Source: Schizochytrium sp. TIO01
Taxonomy: Eukaryota > Protista > Bigyra: Labyrinthulomycetes
Reading direction: 5' to 3'
Length of the DNA stretch: 64,000 nt
NCBI GenBank assembly: GCA_004764695.1
Contig: SMSO01000031.1
Location: forward strand, 8,972,761 to 9,036,760
Each line of letters opens with the position of its first letter. The stretch's first letter is position 1. Below the pieces are notes generated by a model, which was not told the origin of the DNA, did not search any database, and was given only the letters and a program-made list of their open reading frames with translations. Positions 1 to 11,508 of the stretch are shown here, in pieces. Made by a program: the position numbers and the translations under genes.

Positions 1-1637
1 CGAAGTCGCGTCACTACTGCAAAAGGCGAAGTACTGCGAGAATGGCTGACGCACAGGCTGCGGCAAGGACAACAGAGTAGGAGGGTCGAACTTAGCCACC
101 ACCAGATGAAAATATATCACGAGGAGATTGGGCCATTGTAGAATCGAGCGTGACGAGCAACTGGAATGGGGGACCGGTGAAAGATTGTGGTGCCATCGTA
201 AGCTCTATATTCATGTACCTTTGGTTTCCAGACACATGGCGAAGTCGTCGTCTGTCTGCTAAGCTAAATTTCAATAATTGGTCGCCTTTTTATTCGAACT
301 ATTGTATTTGCACTGTTGTAAAACCCTGGATAAAACCTTGAGAAGTAGCCATACATACGCAGCCAATCTGGAAATGTAACAGTATTTTTGCGCACTGTAT
401 TTGGAGGTTCTGTCTCTCAAATCGGAGTATCTAAAGTCGTATAAGAGACATCTTTGCTGCTGCATATTGTTATACCAAAATTTATACTTGCCAAAAAAAT
501 CAGAGGTTGTACCGCTCAATGTATTTCAATACGTTCGTTCATGTTCCCAGCTCGCGGAAGGATACCCTTTTAGACGGCACACAATGACTGCTCGAGTCTG
601 CCTACGTCTACAATCAGGCGGTGCAGATGTGGCGAACGAAAGGCCCGCGCACGGATTTTAACTTGCCCCGCTTGAAAGCCAAGAGATCATGCTTCGTATT
701 GAAAAGGGATGAAGCTGGACTACCCTCTAGAATACTGGTTCAGAAAATACCCTATTTACAAAACGTGTAGAATATTTATATTTTAATTTTTAATTTTTTT
801 TTAATTCAAAATAAGTAAGCATTGAGTGTAACAAATGAAACGGAATTTTCCTGGGTAGTGGACGTAGCGTAGCATTCATTCTGTTGCAAATACTTGCATT
901 ATACAAGAGACCTTGCGTAAGGTGATACTAATCTAGGAGATTTGCAGGGATTCTATCTTGAGTTATGCAAGTATTGGACGAAAGTTCTCATCTAATCTGT
1001 TAAAAACATATGATTGGAAAACTAAATGAACAAGAGCTAAAACGAACCATGTCATGAGCTTTGATATGATACTCGCATGACAATGTTTATTCTGATGTGA
1101 GCTTGCACTTTTAAATATCTTATGTTTAAGACAGTCAACCATAAACCCTCTCTGCTCATTCCCGAAGGACACACTTCCAACCTACCTACATATAAGAAAG
1201 ATACAATATCACCCCCCTCTCATCTTGTCAGTCATGAGAGACTGAGGTTTCCTCGGGCACCTCAAGTTCCAATTGTGATAAAATCGATTAGAAATGACAC
1301 TCAAGACCGTCGTTGCTAGGTGATATCGTTCGTATTATCGTTACTGGCTTAATGCCTCGAAATGTGAAGTCTAAAGAAACGTTGCCTCTGCCAAAATTCG
1401 AAGTTTCTTTTCCTTTAGTTAGTAGATACTAGTCCCTTAAAAATTTCTCCAGTAACATCTACCTTGGTGCGAAACATCCAAGCAATCGAACAATAATAAC
1501 GTATATGCTCCTTTTATTGTTGAATTTGCTTTACGGCTTGTGAACCAGCACGCGCGAGAATAGTCAGACCTTCTCAAGCAAATTCAAACCCCCTTATCAA
1601 ATCACGTTGAGCTCTTCATATTCATAGGACCAACATC

Positions 1638-2576
1638 ATGTCCTCGAAGACAGATACCCTCAGCCCAGTATGCCTGGTCGATGTTCCGCTCACACCAGCA
1701 GCCCAGGCAATGGATCGCTTTGAGTTATGTCAAACTGGAGCTTTGATGTTGTACCAACATTCAGACTCATTTAAAGCTACAGCTCGTGTTTGCATTTGCC
1801 CATATGCTTCAGAAAGCAAGTTTGATATTTCAAAAATTACTAATAGAGCATTGGATAATGCTAAGAAGACGCAGCCCGGATACTGTTTTCAACCCAGCAA
1901 CCTTCAGTTTAATAATGCTCCAGCCTCAATCTTCACTGAGGAAGAGAGTTCTTTTCTGGTACGATCGTGCTTGGCATGTTTTTCCTGTGCCAATCTTCGT
2001 GCTTTAGAGCTTCATATTGCTGGAAATGGAGCTGAGCACTATCTTATGCAACGTGAGTTTCGTCTTGGAGGGTGGATCTGCTGCAACTTAAACTCGCGCT
2101 TGCTTCGCTCCGACGATGGTACACGATCTCAAGAAATCGGGCGTGTGAAAGAAAACTGTGAACCTTACCCGTGTAGAGCGATGGAGTCCTGTTGTCTTTG
2201 CACCTCATATGATGATGTACAACTAAAAGTTAATGAGACCTACATACAGCGATATCGCATTCGAGAGAATAGAAGTTGCTGCAATGGTTCACATAACAAC
2301 TGTTGTGGAAGCACTTGCATTAACAACGACATAGTCTTCGATATACTTGACTACAATGACAGGAAGGTTGCAGAGGTGTCAAAAACTTTTGCTGGAGGTA
2401 CGGGGTTGGATTTTCTTACTGCAATTTTTCGATGCTGTTGTAACTATTCAAATTATGTTGTAACATTTCCTCCCGGTTCGAGTGAGGAGGATCGCGCGTT
2501 AATACTTGCAGCAGTTCATCACATCGACTACAAGTTCTTTGAGAAACCTGGGCTGAGGACGTTATGTCTCTGCTAG
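1638..2576 (+). CDS. Phospholipid scramblase family (tubby-like fold) protein, paralog 1
   Basis: 312-aa intact ORF with Cys clusters (CLACFSC, WICC, SCCLC, NNCCG). C-terminal VTFPPGSSEEDRALILAAVHHIDYKFFE matches the scramblase end motif F.I.FP......KA.......IDF.FFE. Colinear with two downstream paralogs. Confidence 0.85.
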   Translation: MSSKTDTLSPVCLVDVPLTPAAQAMDRFELCQTGALMLYQHSDSFKATARVCICPYASESKFDISKITNRALDNAKKTQPGYCFQPSNLQFNNAPASIFTEEESSFLVRSCLACFSCANLRALELHIAGNGAEHYLMQREFRLGGWICCNLNSRLLRSDDGTRSQEIGRVKENCEPYPCRAMESCCLCTSYDDVQLKVNETYIQRYRIRENRSCCNGSHNNCCGSTCINNDIVFDILDYNDRKVAEVSKTFAGGTGLDFLTAIFRCCCNYSNYVVTFPPGSSEEDRALILAAVHHIDYKFFEKPGLRTLCLC

Positions 2577-2729
2577 AGGGAGACTTGGTATTTCAAGTTC
2601 GTGCTTTGCTCCTGAGCCATCATCATAAATGTTGCGCTGCTCAATTTTTTTCATTGTATAATAGTTTGTGGTTTCGACTCTTACTCAACATTCTTGCTCG
2701 TCCGATCAAATTTCGTATTTGAGCGCTCC

Positions 2730-3780
2730 AATCCATTCTTACTCATGTTTGCTTAATTGAAGACCATGTCAATAATTCTATCAAGCTTATTGAATAAGTC
2801 TGCAGCTTTGTCTAATAAATGATTAATCTCTAGATCCAAAGACAACCTTCTGGTTTATTTCTCTTGAGTCAACATTATAGACAACACAATCCTAAATAGC
2901 TCCAACAATCACCTCGTGTTAAAAATTAATAATTAAAAATTGTCAGCTGAGACCATCAATCCAAGACTCATGTGGACAGTGCATCGCCAAAATCTACGTA
3001 CATCTAAAAGCCCAAGCGACTGGATCATGTTTTGGAGTATGATTTAAACAATCAAATGCATAGTTGTGGAGATAATGTGTCTAAGTTCGCAAGTTCACAC
3101 ACGTCATGAATAGGAAAAATATGAAATGACGTTGGAGCTCCCTATTTCTGCACAACACCGACCATCTTTGCCTTTATCAATGAATTTTTTTTTATCAAAG
3201 CGATCACTCAGCATTGGAGTTTGTCTCGTAAATCAAGCGATCGTTATCTGTAAATGTCTAAGTTTAGAAACCCTTGTCCGAGTCATCCAAGCCTTCAACT
3301 GTCATGTCTTCATCATGCCAGCCAGCTCTACTTGACCAGATCAGAATCTTCAGTAGCACTTAAAATGTATCTCTTCCAGTTAGAAAAGAAAAAAAAAGAT
3401 GAAGCAGATTACTGGACATGGCAATCAGATTTTAGGATGCAGCAAGTAGGGGAGTTTTTTAACTTCAATTAGAACCACAAACAATAAAAATTACTTACTC
3501 AAATCGACCGACAGAATTTGATCAGTGCTGTGTCCCTAATAGACAGATGCCTTAGTGTTAACAGATATGATTGATACAATTTTCTGAAGGCCAAGTTAAG
3601 GAAGTAATATATTCACAGAGTCACTACGACTTGTCCTAAGGGCCTATTGGTTCCTTGCTTGAATTGATCTTTATCGCTGATTTAATCGTGGATTATATGT
3701 TTTCCTTCTTTCAAGCTAGCTCCAGCTACGATTAATGATGGAATACCAAGCTTCAATACTTAACGCACTTTGTCGTCTTT
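2730..3780 (-). pseudogene. Decayed RNI-like LRR fragments between scramblase paralogs 1 and 2
   Basis: Minus-strand SLDLEINHLLDKAA (~2800-2845), SKLRHLQI (~3245-3270) and VLKLG...L.VAGA.L (~3710-3760); many stops. Confidence 0.35.
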
Positions 3781-5546
3781 ACAGAGAATCTTCCAACTGA
3801 GTCACCTGTTTCGAATTGCGCTTCAACTAGAGTAAAAACTCAAACTAAACTTGTAATAAACCATCCCGTATTAAACAAAGGTCTATTCTAGACGAAGGGA
3901 TTGCAATATTCGTGCTAGCTTATGCGTTCGTGAGACCCATAGACCTTCACTCTGATTAGACGTAAGTTGTCGAGGTGGTGAGACGGAGAAAGTATCTTGA
4001 GCTCCACCTACTCGAGATAAATAGTTTTAGTTCTTGAATCTTCAAAAGAGCAAAAACACTTGATCATTGAAAAGATCTTCAATAAGTATTGTATAAATTG
4101 CACCAAAAATGCATTTCTTGGTATTTATTCTGCAAGTGCAAGTGATCAACTTAAACAGATATCTACTTGCAATCTACACCATTTTCGTTATTAGAAAGGT
4201 GAAACATACAATACACTTCGTTAGTTTACAAAGGTATGAACCGAAGTTTGAATTTCATTCTGGAGACGTGAGAAGTAGGATTACGGGGGGTGTATATTCT
4301 ACATTTATCTAGGAAATAACATAGGAAAGAATACAAGATGGTGAGTTTGCTCACGCGAGAGAACATATTATTAGCAGCTATACATTTCAAAAACTTTAAA
4401 CTAAAAATGTGATCTTTCCTAGCCATTCTTTTCTCAAGTGCCTCTCAACAGTTCCCACCAAACACACCAATTGAATAGGTTTAAGCTATTTATATTGCAA
4501 TCAACGCAAACTTTAGTCTTCTTTATTTTCATAGATATCATAGTGCTCTGCCTTTATAGTGAAAGGCACTTTATCCTACCATGGTACCTTTGTGCTCAAT
4601 TACAATCCCTAGAAGCGTTGGCTTGTGCTGAATGCGTACTCACCAATCTTCAGCATTGACTACCTTCAGGGGTTTGGTATTTCAGTAGAGTTTCTACTAG
4701 AGACGGCGATTAGAACATGCAAACAGGCAATAGGCACTGGAGGACTCTCTCAGGCGGATATCTGAATAATGTGCTAATTCAACCCACACTGAGTTTTGTG
4801 CACTGCCCAGGCCGGCTGCATCCTCTCAAAGTAACGCTGAGATAAACAAGCGAGTTGATTGGTACGATTGGTACGATTGTATCAACAGGAATTCCAGGAA
4901 ACTGCTTTACACTTTAGATACATCTATTTTAAGGGTACTGGTAGTATTCTTTTAAATAGCAAAAAAAAGTAGTGCATTTAAAAAGATACTTTCAGTCGGT
5001 TCTTTCAATGGGCGTGCCAATGAGCATGTACAATAAATGCAACGGAATGACAAATGCACAGATTTTAATTGCCAAGCTCAGACAAAGCAAAGGATCGGAT
5101 AGTAAATAGAAAACATTTTGCGAGGAGGGACGGTCTCAAGAAGACAGAATTGCATTGTTGTGAAACTATAGTACTAGGGTAGAGTACTAGGTACATAAAA
5201 TTATAACGATTTCCTGAGAAATCCGAAAACAGAAAAAGAGGGGAAAGGATTATGAGGATAGTACCACTCCAAAGCCTTTGGGCCTCGTCGATGATCTATC
5301 AAGTGAAAGTCCCGCAAAGTTAGCCAAAGGGGATACACAAAAAGCCAGAGCAAGAATGGGCCAGGGAATGTCCGTCGTAATGCGCATATGCATTTCACTA
5401 CAGAATAATGAATGACGCAAATGTCAGTAAGTAGAATTCCTATCTTTCCTCAACAGCAAAACCTCAATACAAAACCCAATTCTTAGCAAAAAAAAGAAGC
5501 ACAAACACGCGAGGTCTGCCTCATATACATCTAACTCTTCGGGAAA

Positions 5547-6437
5547 ATGGATGTGCTTCCTGTTAAAGCTGGAGATGTTGATTATACACCAAAAGCCCAG
5601 ACTATGCAACGTCTCGGCCTGTCAAGCTCTCAAGGAGTGACTCTCTATCAGAAAGTTCAGCCAAAGCAAGCCCTATTCGAGTTTTTGCACTGCCCCTGCC
5701 AGGAGGAAAATGAATACAAAGTAGCCCACCTTCCTGAGGGAGCTTTAGCAAGCGGTCGTTACAAACCCAGCAATCAAGAGCTGAGTCGAGCAACAAAGCT
5801 TGCGCATGTGCAGGAAGAGAGCTCTGAAAAGGCTCGTTGCTGGCTCACATGCTGCGGGTGCGGAAACCTTCGCAAGCTTAAGCTGCATATTAATGGTAAT
5901 GGAGGCTCGCAATATGTGATGAAACGCAAATGCCTCCTTGGTGCTTGGGTCTGTTGTAATCTCACCTCCCGTCTTTATGAGGTCGATAATGGCACAGATG
6001 GTCGCAAGGTCGGCCGTGTAAGAGAAAACTGCGACCCTTACTTAAGCAAATGCATGGAGATGTATTGCTTATGTACCAAATACGATGATATCGAGGAGTT
6101 TGCGGATGGCAAATTTGAAGCACGTTACCAAGTTCGCGAAAACCTTTGCTGCTGCAATGGTGCCCACAACAACTTCTGTGGTGGAACATGCTTCAACAAT
6201 GACATGGTGTTTGAGGTCATCGATACCCAAACAGACAAGAAAGTGGCAGAAATCACCAAGACCTTCGGCGGTGGTGATGATGCCCAGGGCTTTCTTGCAG
6301 GTTTTTTTAGAATGATCTGTCATTTCTCATCCATCGTCGTCACCTTCCCAGATGAAACTACAGAAGATCAGCGAGCTCTCATCCTTGCCGCTGCTCATCA
6401 CATTGATTATAAGCTCTTCACAAGAAGCAGTTGCTGA
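5547..6437 (+). CDS. Phospholipid scramblase family protein, paralog 2
   Basis: 296-aa ORF sharing EESS..CCGCGNLR.L.LH, GRVRENC.PY, HNN.CGGTC.NND.VF and TFPD.TTEDQRALILAAAHHIDYKLF with paralogs 1 and 3. Confidence 0.85.
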   Translation: MDVLPVKAGDVDYTPKAQTMQRLGLSSSQGVTLYQKVQPKQALFEFLHCPCQEENEYKVAHLPEGALASGRYKPSNQELSRATKLAHVQEESSEKARCWLTCCGCGNLRKLKLHINGNGGSQYVMKRKCLLGAWVCCNLTSRLYEVDNGTDGRKVGRVRENCDPYLSKCMEMYCLCTKYDDIEEFADGKFEARYQVRENLCCCNGAHNNFCGGTCFNNDMVFEVIDTQTDKKVAEITKTFGGGDDAQGFLAGFFRMICHFSSIVVTFPDETTEDQRALILAAAHHIDYKLFTRSSC

Positions 6438-8065
6438 GACAAATTTCAGACAACGAAACAAGAGAACATGCATTTAGTGATTTATGATCACGATGAAAGT
6501 AAAACAGACTCATAATCATTTTAAAAGCATAACTTCACACTCGTTTTCCTTACTGGACCAAATATTAGTTCCAAGAATATCCAAAACGGAGAGGTTAGTT
6601 CTATTAATCCTTTTCATTCTGTAAGGGCTTACATCTAAATAGATTACTCAGGCAGTCCAATTGCGTTTGGCGTGAATAGGCTAGCTTCTTATTGTTCACC
6701 GGACATTTATCTTCTATTTAGAGTATCGGTTTTACGAGTTAGTTTGAATCCTCACCCGAAGGATTGACCGGATCAACTGTGGCCGGCGATATTTTCAGTA
6801 TATAGGGAACCTTGCTGCTGAGATGCAGGAATTGTCATTTGTTAAAATTGAAGTTAGAAAGGACCCCCCTTTAATTTCTTGATTATAGAAATCCTTTATA
6901 GTGACTTTTCTTCCCCTATTTTAATAATAATAATAATAATAATATAAAAATTGGTGCAGAAAACGCACATTTCTATAATTTAAGTTTTACAAAAAATCCA
7001 AACGTCCCACATTATGTTACTGGAGTACGTATGAATTTTCAAGGATTAGTCTCTGACTGATGATATTCCTCTGTCTCTCTCCAACTCCTACAAGAACTGG
7101 ATGAAACTGGCTGAGTGAAGAACAATATGGGTTTGTACCTGCAATTTGTATTTTTGAGTAAGCCACAGCAAAGAAGCATTCGGTTTCAAGTTTTACGGGT
7201 GTACTCTACCTACTAGTAGGTACTATTATTAGTCTGTTCTGTATTTTTTTCATTTTGCTTTAAAAAGCAATCTTCGACTAGTGAGTACTCAAGCAGTGCA
7301 ACGAGAAAAGAAACATTTATTCGCGGTCACGGGTTATTGATTGTTGTGACTGGAATTTCTACCCCAAGGCAAAGGATTGATAGGAGAAGCCTCTGAATAG
7401 TAAGAGGCAGAGCTTGTTAGAGCTTGTTCCAGTTTAGCAAATACGCGCATGTTTCCAATAGAATCCTTCTTAGTCCGAGGCTATCCAACATGCATCCGCA
7501 AACGATTTTAGAGAACTCGGGTTGCAATTCTTCAAATTTACGCTTGTTTTCATGTTGACAATTGAAAGTCGGTAAGAAAAAAGCACTTAGTGAACCGATG
7601 ATTGCTTAGTTAAAAGCAGTACCTACCATCGCTGCATCGCTGCATCATTTGAAATATTAAATTTTGTTGATGCAACGTCAAAGTCCAAGTTTGACATACA
7701 TTAAAACCTACTAGTCAACGCCTGGGATGCAGGAACATCGACCCGGCATCCTTGACTGAGCGTAACTATTTTCGAGGACATAGTGTTGACCCTACGAGTC
7801 TCAGGAGCTCAATGTGACTTGACTTGGCAAGCGTGCTTGACTTTGTTTGAGACACGAGTTGATTCAGAAACCAAAAGCAAAGATTTTCAAGAATTAAAAA
7901 ATACATATACGTTTTTTGATAAGGTTAGGTATTTGCTTTGCGCCAAGGTAGGATATCACATGAGATTTGTATATACTGATTAAGAAAGTTAAATTAAAAA
8001 TGAAAAGAGTTTGAATTACTGCCCAGGCAAAGTTTCTTTAAGCTACATTCTTCATAGAACCACAA

Positions 8066-8625
8066 TTCTATAAAGTAAGAAAGGATTATACTGAACAAAC
8101 GCAAGCACCTACCAACGACAGTCGTTTCTTCATTTGATGTCCAAACTCAAGTTGCCCGAAGAAATTCAAGTCATCCATGACTGAGAAGCAGGGGGGGTTA
8201 GTTTTTGTAGCCTTTGAGAAAAAGCTCGGGTACCTTCTATGTCTCAGTAGCAGTGATGATTTTGGCTTTAATTTCTACCCATGTCAAAGTTTATAAGAGC
8301 TATCTCAGTGGCAGAGACTACTCTTGATTTTTTTTTCATCTTCTATGAAGTTCGAAACGATTGTACTGAACAAACGCAAGCACCTACCAACGACAGTCGT
8401 TTCATCATCTGATGTCCAAACTCAAGGTGCCTGAAGAAATTAAAGTCATGCATGACTGATAAGGAGGTGGGAGAGGGGGGGGGGGCAATTTTTTGAAGTC
8501 TTTGAGAAAAGGCTCAGCTCCCTTGCACTTCTCAGTAGTAGTGATTGTTTTGGCTTCCGTTTCTACCCATGTCGAAGGATATAGGAGTTACCTCAGTGGC
8601 AGAGGCTATTCTTTAAAAAAAAAAA
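8066..8625. repeat. Diverged tandem duplication, unit ~275 bp, two copies
   Basis: TACTGAACAAACGCAAGCACCTACCAACGACAGTCGTTTC recurs at ~8089 and ~8364. Similarity continues through TTTCTACCCATGTC...CTCAGTGGCAGAG. Confidence 0.9.
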
Positions 8626-8932
8626 ATCTGCAACTAAAAGTTAGTAGTGTACCAGGTAGGTAGCAGGTGCACACGTGGAAACTGGGCAAAACTCGGATTC
8701 TTCGATGTGCTCCAAAACGCAAAGGTTCAAATCCATATTGCACTTCACCTCAATCCGCTTCATCAGACTTTGATAGGTAGTGGAGAGAGGTAGAGCAAGT
8801 CAACGGTGGCAGAGCAGTACTTACTGTAGCAGCTACGAGACAAGACACTGATCTTGTTCTTCAACCTAGCGCTGAGACTTGACTAGCAAGTTGGTCTCTG
8901 TTGGCTCGGTGCATCCATCACAACTTTGGAGT

Positions 8933-9012
8933 GTAAGTGAGCTCAAGTCGATTGGTGGAAGTACTTAGCAAGTGCAAAACGTCCCCAAAACCTCTCAAAC
9001 TCTATTTTGCAG
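8933..9012 (+). other. Candidate 5'-UTR intron of scramblase paralog 3
   Basis: GTAAGT donor at 8933 and TTTTGCAG acceptor ending at 9012, 6 nt before the ATG; 80 nt long. Confidence 0.55.
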
Positions 9013-9018
9013 GCAACA

Positions 9019-9930
9019 ATGAATCCGGAAATGAAAGGTACCCATCTTGCAAATGTTGTGGTAACGCTTGCACCCGATGCGCAGTCCATGGATAGACTCG
9101 GATTGACTGCGACAAAGGGTGTCATGGTTTACCAGCAAACGCAGGGAGCAGAAGCACTTGCTCAATATATGGGCATTCCATACGAAGCTGCCAACAAGTA
9201 CAAGGTCGCTCGTATATCGGATGAGCTTTTCACAAAGGGCAAGCGCTTCCAGCCAACTGGAGAAGAACTTGAGAAAGCCCCTATGGACATTTTTGTTGAG
9301 GAGGAGAGCTCAGATGGAATGAGAATCTGTTTGACTTGTTGTGGATGTGGCAACCTCCGCGGCCTCAAGCTTCACTTCTATGGAAATGGTGGCGAACAAT
9401 ACGTAATGCAACGTAAATTTCGTCTCGGCGCTTGGATCTGCTGTAACCTTAATTCAACACTCTTTCGAGTCGAGAACGGAAGCTCAACTCAGCAAATTGG
9501 ACGAGTGCGTGAAAACTGCTCCCCATATCCTTGCAAGTGCATCGAAATGTGTTGTTTGTGTACCACTTACGATGATATCCAGGAATACGTTAATGGAAAA
9601 TACGAACAGCGCTACCGTGTTCGCGAGAACCAGGCTTGCTGCAATGGCTCTCACAACAATTGTTGCGGTGGCACTTGTATAAACAATGATATGGTCTTTG
9701 ATGTCTTGGATAAAGAACACAAAGTAGTAGCTCAAATCTCCAAAACTTTCGGTGGAGGTAATGGGATGAGTGGCTGCTGTGCCGCATTATGCAGATATGC
9801 CTTCAAATTCTCGTCTTTTGTTGTTACCTTTCCTGACAACACTACAGAGGATCAACGGGCCTTAATTTTGGCTGCTGTGCATCACATTGATTACAAGCTT
9901 TTTGAGAAAAGTGGCAATGAGAACAACTGA
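9019..9930 (+). CDS. Phospholipid scramblase family protein, paralog 3
   Basis: First ATG is at 9019 (the ORF track start at 9007 is TTG). 303 aa, about 20 Cys, same motif set as paralogs 1 and 2. Confidence 0.87.
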   Translation: MNPEMKGTHLANVVVTLAPDAQSMDRLGLTATKGVMVYQQTQGAEALAQYMGIPYEAANKYKVARISDELFTKGKRFQPTGEELEKAPMDIFVEEESSDGMRICLTCCGCGNLRGLKLHFYGNGGEQYVMQRKFRLGAWICCNLNSTLFRVENGSSTQQIGRVRENCSPYPCKCIEMCCLCTTYDDIQEYVNGKYEQRYRVRENQACCNGSHNNCCGGTCINNDMVFDVLDKEHKVVAQISKTFGGGNGMSGCCAALCRYAFKFSSFVVTFPDNTTEDQRALILAAVHHIDYKLFEKSGNENN

Positions 9931-10304
9931 TTTAGACTTAAGACTAAAACCATTTTTTCGAGTTCTGCTGAAAGTTATAAAGAAAATGGTGAAGGAAGCA
10001 AACGTCGTAGAATTATAGAATTGTGTACGACTATGCGTGTGTTCCTTCACTTGTGCTAGGCTTTCTACTTTAAATTTCACAGCTTGCTTAGCCCAGTAAC
10101 TATATCCTGAATTTAACTTTAAGAACATGAGCAATTTCTCAGCAATTTTATCATTTCTTGCCCTTTCGATCTTTTTGTCACTCCTATTTGCCTTCCGTCA
10201 TGCTTCCACCATCTGACTTTGGGTTGTGGTTGTTTCTCGCATGGTACGTTGTTGTACAAAACAATTTGAAGGCTTAGCATGTTCAGACATATCCTCACAT
10301 GAGC

Positions 10305-11200
10305 GAGCCTGAGCGAGGATTTCATCTTCTATTCGTGTTGGGGCAACAAAGCAGATTATGTACTTGAAATCACGGAGGCAACGGCCCTTCCAAGCTCAGA
10401 GTGGGTCGAGACCGAATAACAGGGTAATATTAGAGACATCACCTTAGATGAAGCAAACATCGGACTTATTACTTCTGATGGTCGGTTTCTAGTAGCAGGG
10501 CAAAACAAGGAGCAAATGTTCTCAAAGGATGTTGCTTCAGGTAGTTACATAGAAATTGGACCTGTTGAGGTCTTTGATTCTGGTAACGACAACGCTGCTT
10601 GTATCTTCTTGTATAGAAACTTCTGTCTTCGAAAGACAAATGGCTCTGTTTTTTGCTAGGGTGAGAATGCCTAGAGTGAATATCAAAGTTCCAAAGTGAA
10701 CTCATTTTCCAACTTTGTTGAATCAGACAGTATTACTGCTGACATGGTTCTATCATCAAACTCTCAAGTTCTTTGTGGTCATAACCTGACTGATGATACC
10801 GTCAGGGGCTGGGAAGCTAATATCTACCCCAAATTTGAAGCAAGTGGAGCTGTTCCGTCAACACCAGTTCTGATGGAAGGTGTTTAATGTGCGCCTCTAC
10901 CATCAACTATGGTACCGGCACTTTACCCAACGATGTCTCCATTTGTCTATCCAACGAGAGAACCTACTACACCTTTTCCAGCAAATTCAGAGACAGATGG
11001 CTTGCGGAACGAACATTGAAACAACTAACGCAAGCTCTTCCTACTGTATTAGTGAAGAATGCAACGCCGTATTGACTTACGGCCAAGATAGTAAGGAAGT
11101 TGGAGTGCTGGGTTTTGGAAAAGATGTTGGAGACCTTGACTTTCACTCCCCGGCGAAGATTCCTGGTTCGTATGTTAACTCAGTCCAAATTCCTATTGAA
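10305..11200 (+). pseudogene. RCC1/BLIP-II-repeat beta-propeller pseudogene
   Basis: One frame reads YSCWGNK..., LITSDGRFLVAGQNK..., CLRKTNGSVFC*GEN..., TDDTVRGWEAN with in-frame stops at 10417, 10657, 10672 and 10885. After frameshifts it reads VLTYGQDSKEVGVLGFG...SPAKIPG, typical RCC1 repeat motifs. Confidence 0.65.
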
Positions 11201-11508
11201 CCTACCGACAAGTTAGCCTATATTTTTAATGCATGCCTCTCAAATCTTAATTTTTTTGCCCTTATAATATTCGAATTGTGCAACAACACTATATATATAT
11301 ATTCATCAGGTTCGTGTACTATCCATTTATCATTCATTATAAATTGCATTAGACTCAGTTATTGGAGCGAGTTTTGTTTCACGCAGCTGCATGCTCACAA
11401 TTTGACATTTTGTTCTGTTTCTACTTATTTTAAGAAAAACATCACCTTTTCTAGGGAAACAAAGCCTACGCAATCTGAAAGGCATCCAACAACTTGGTGC
11501 GAAAAGGA

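Noticed and set aside
8660-8750. GGTTCAAATCC T-loop-like motif (tRNA?)
   Set aside because: No T-stem pairing or cloverleaf around it.
10417-10887. Possible stop-codon reassignment (in-frame TAA/TAG in the RCC1-like frame)
   Set aside because: Intact genes here end in TAA, TAG and TGA, and the region also has frameshifts.
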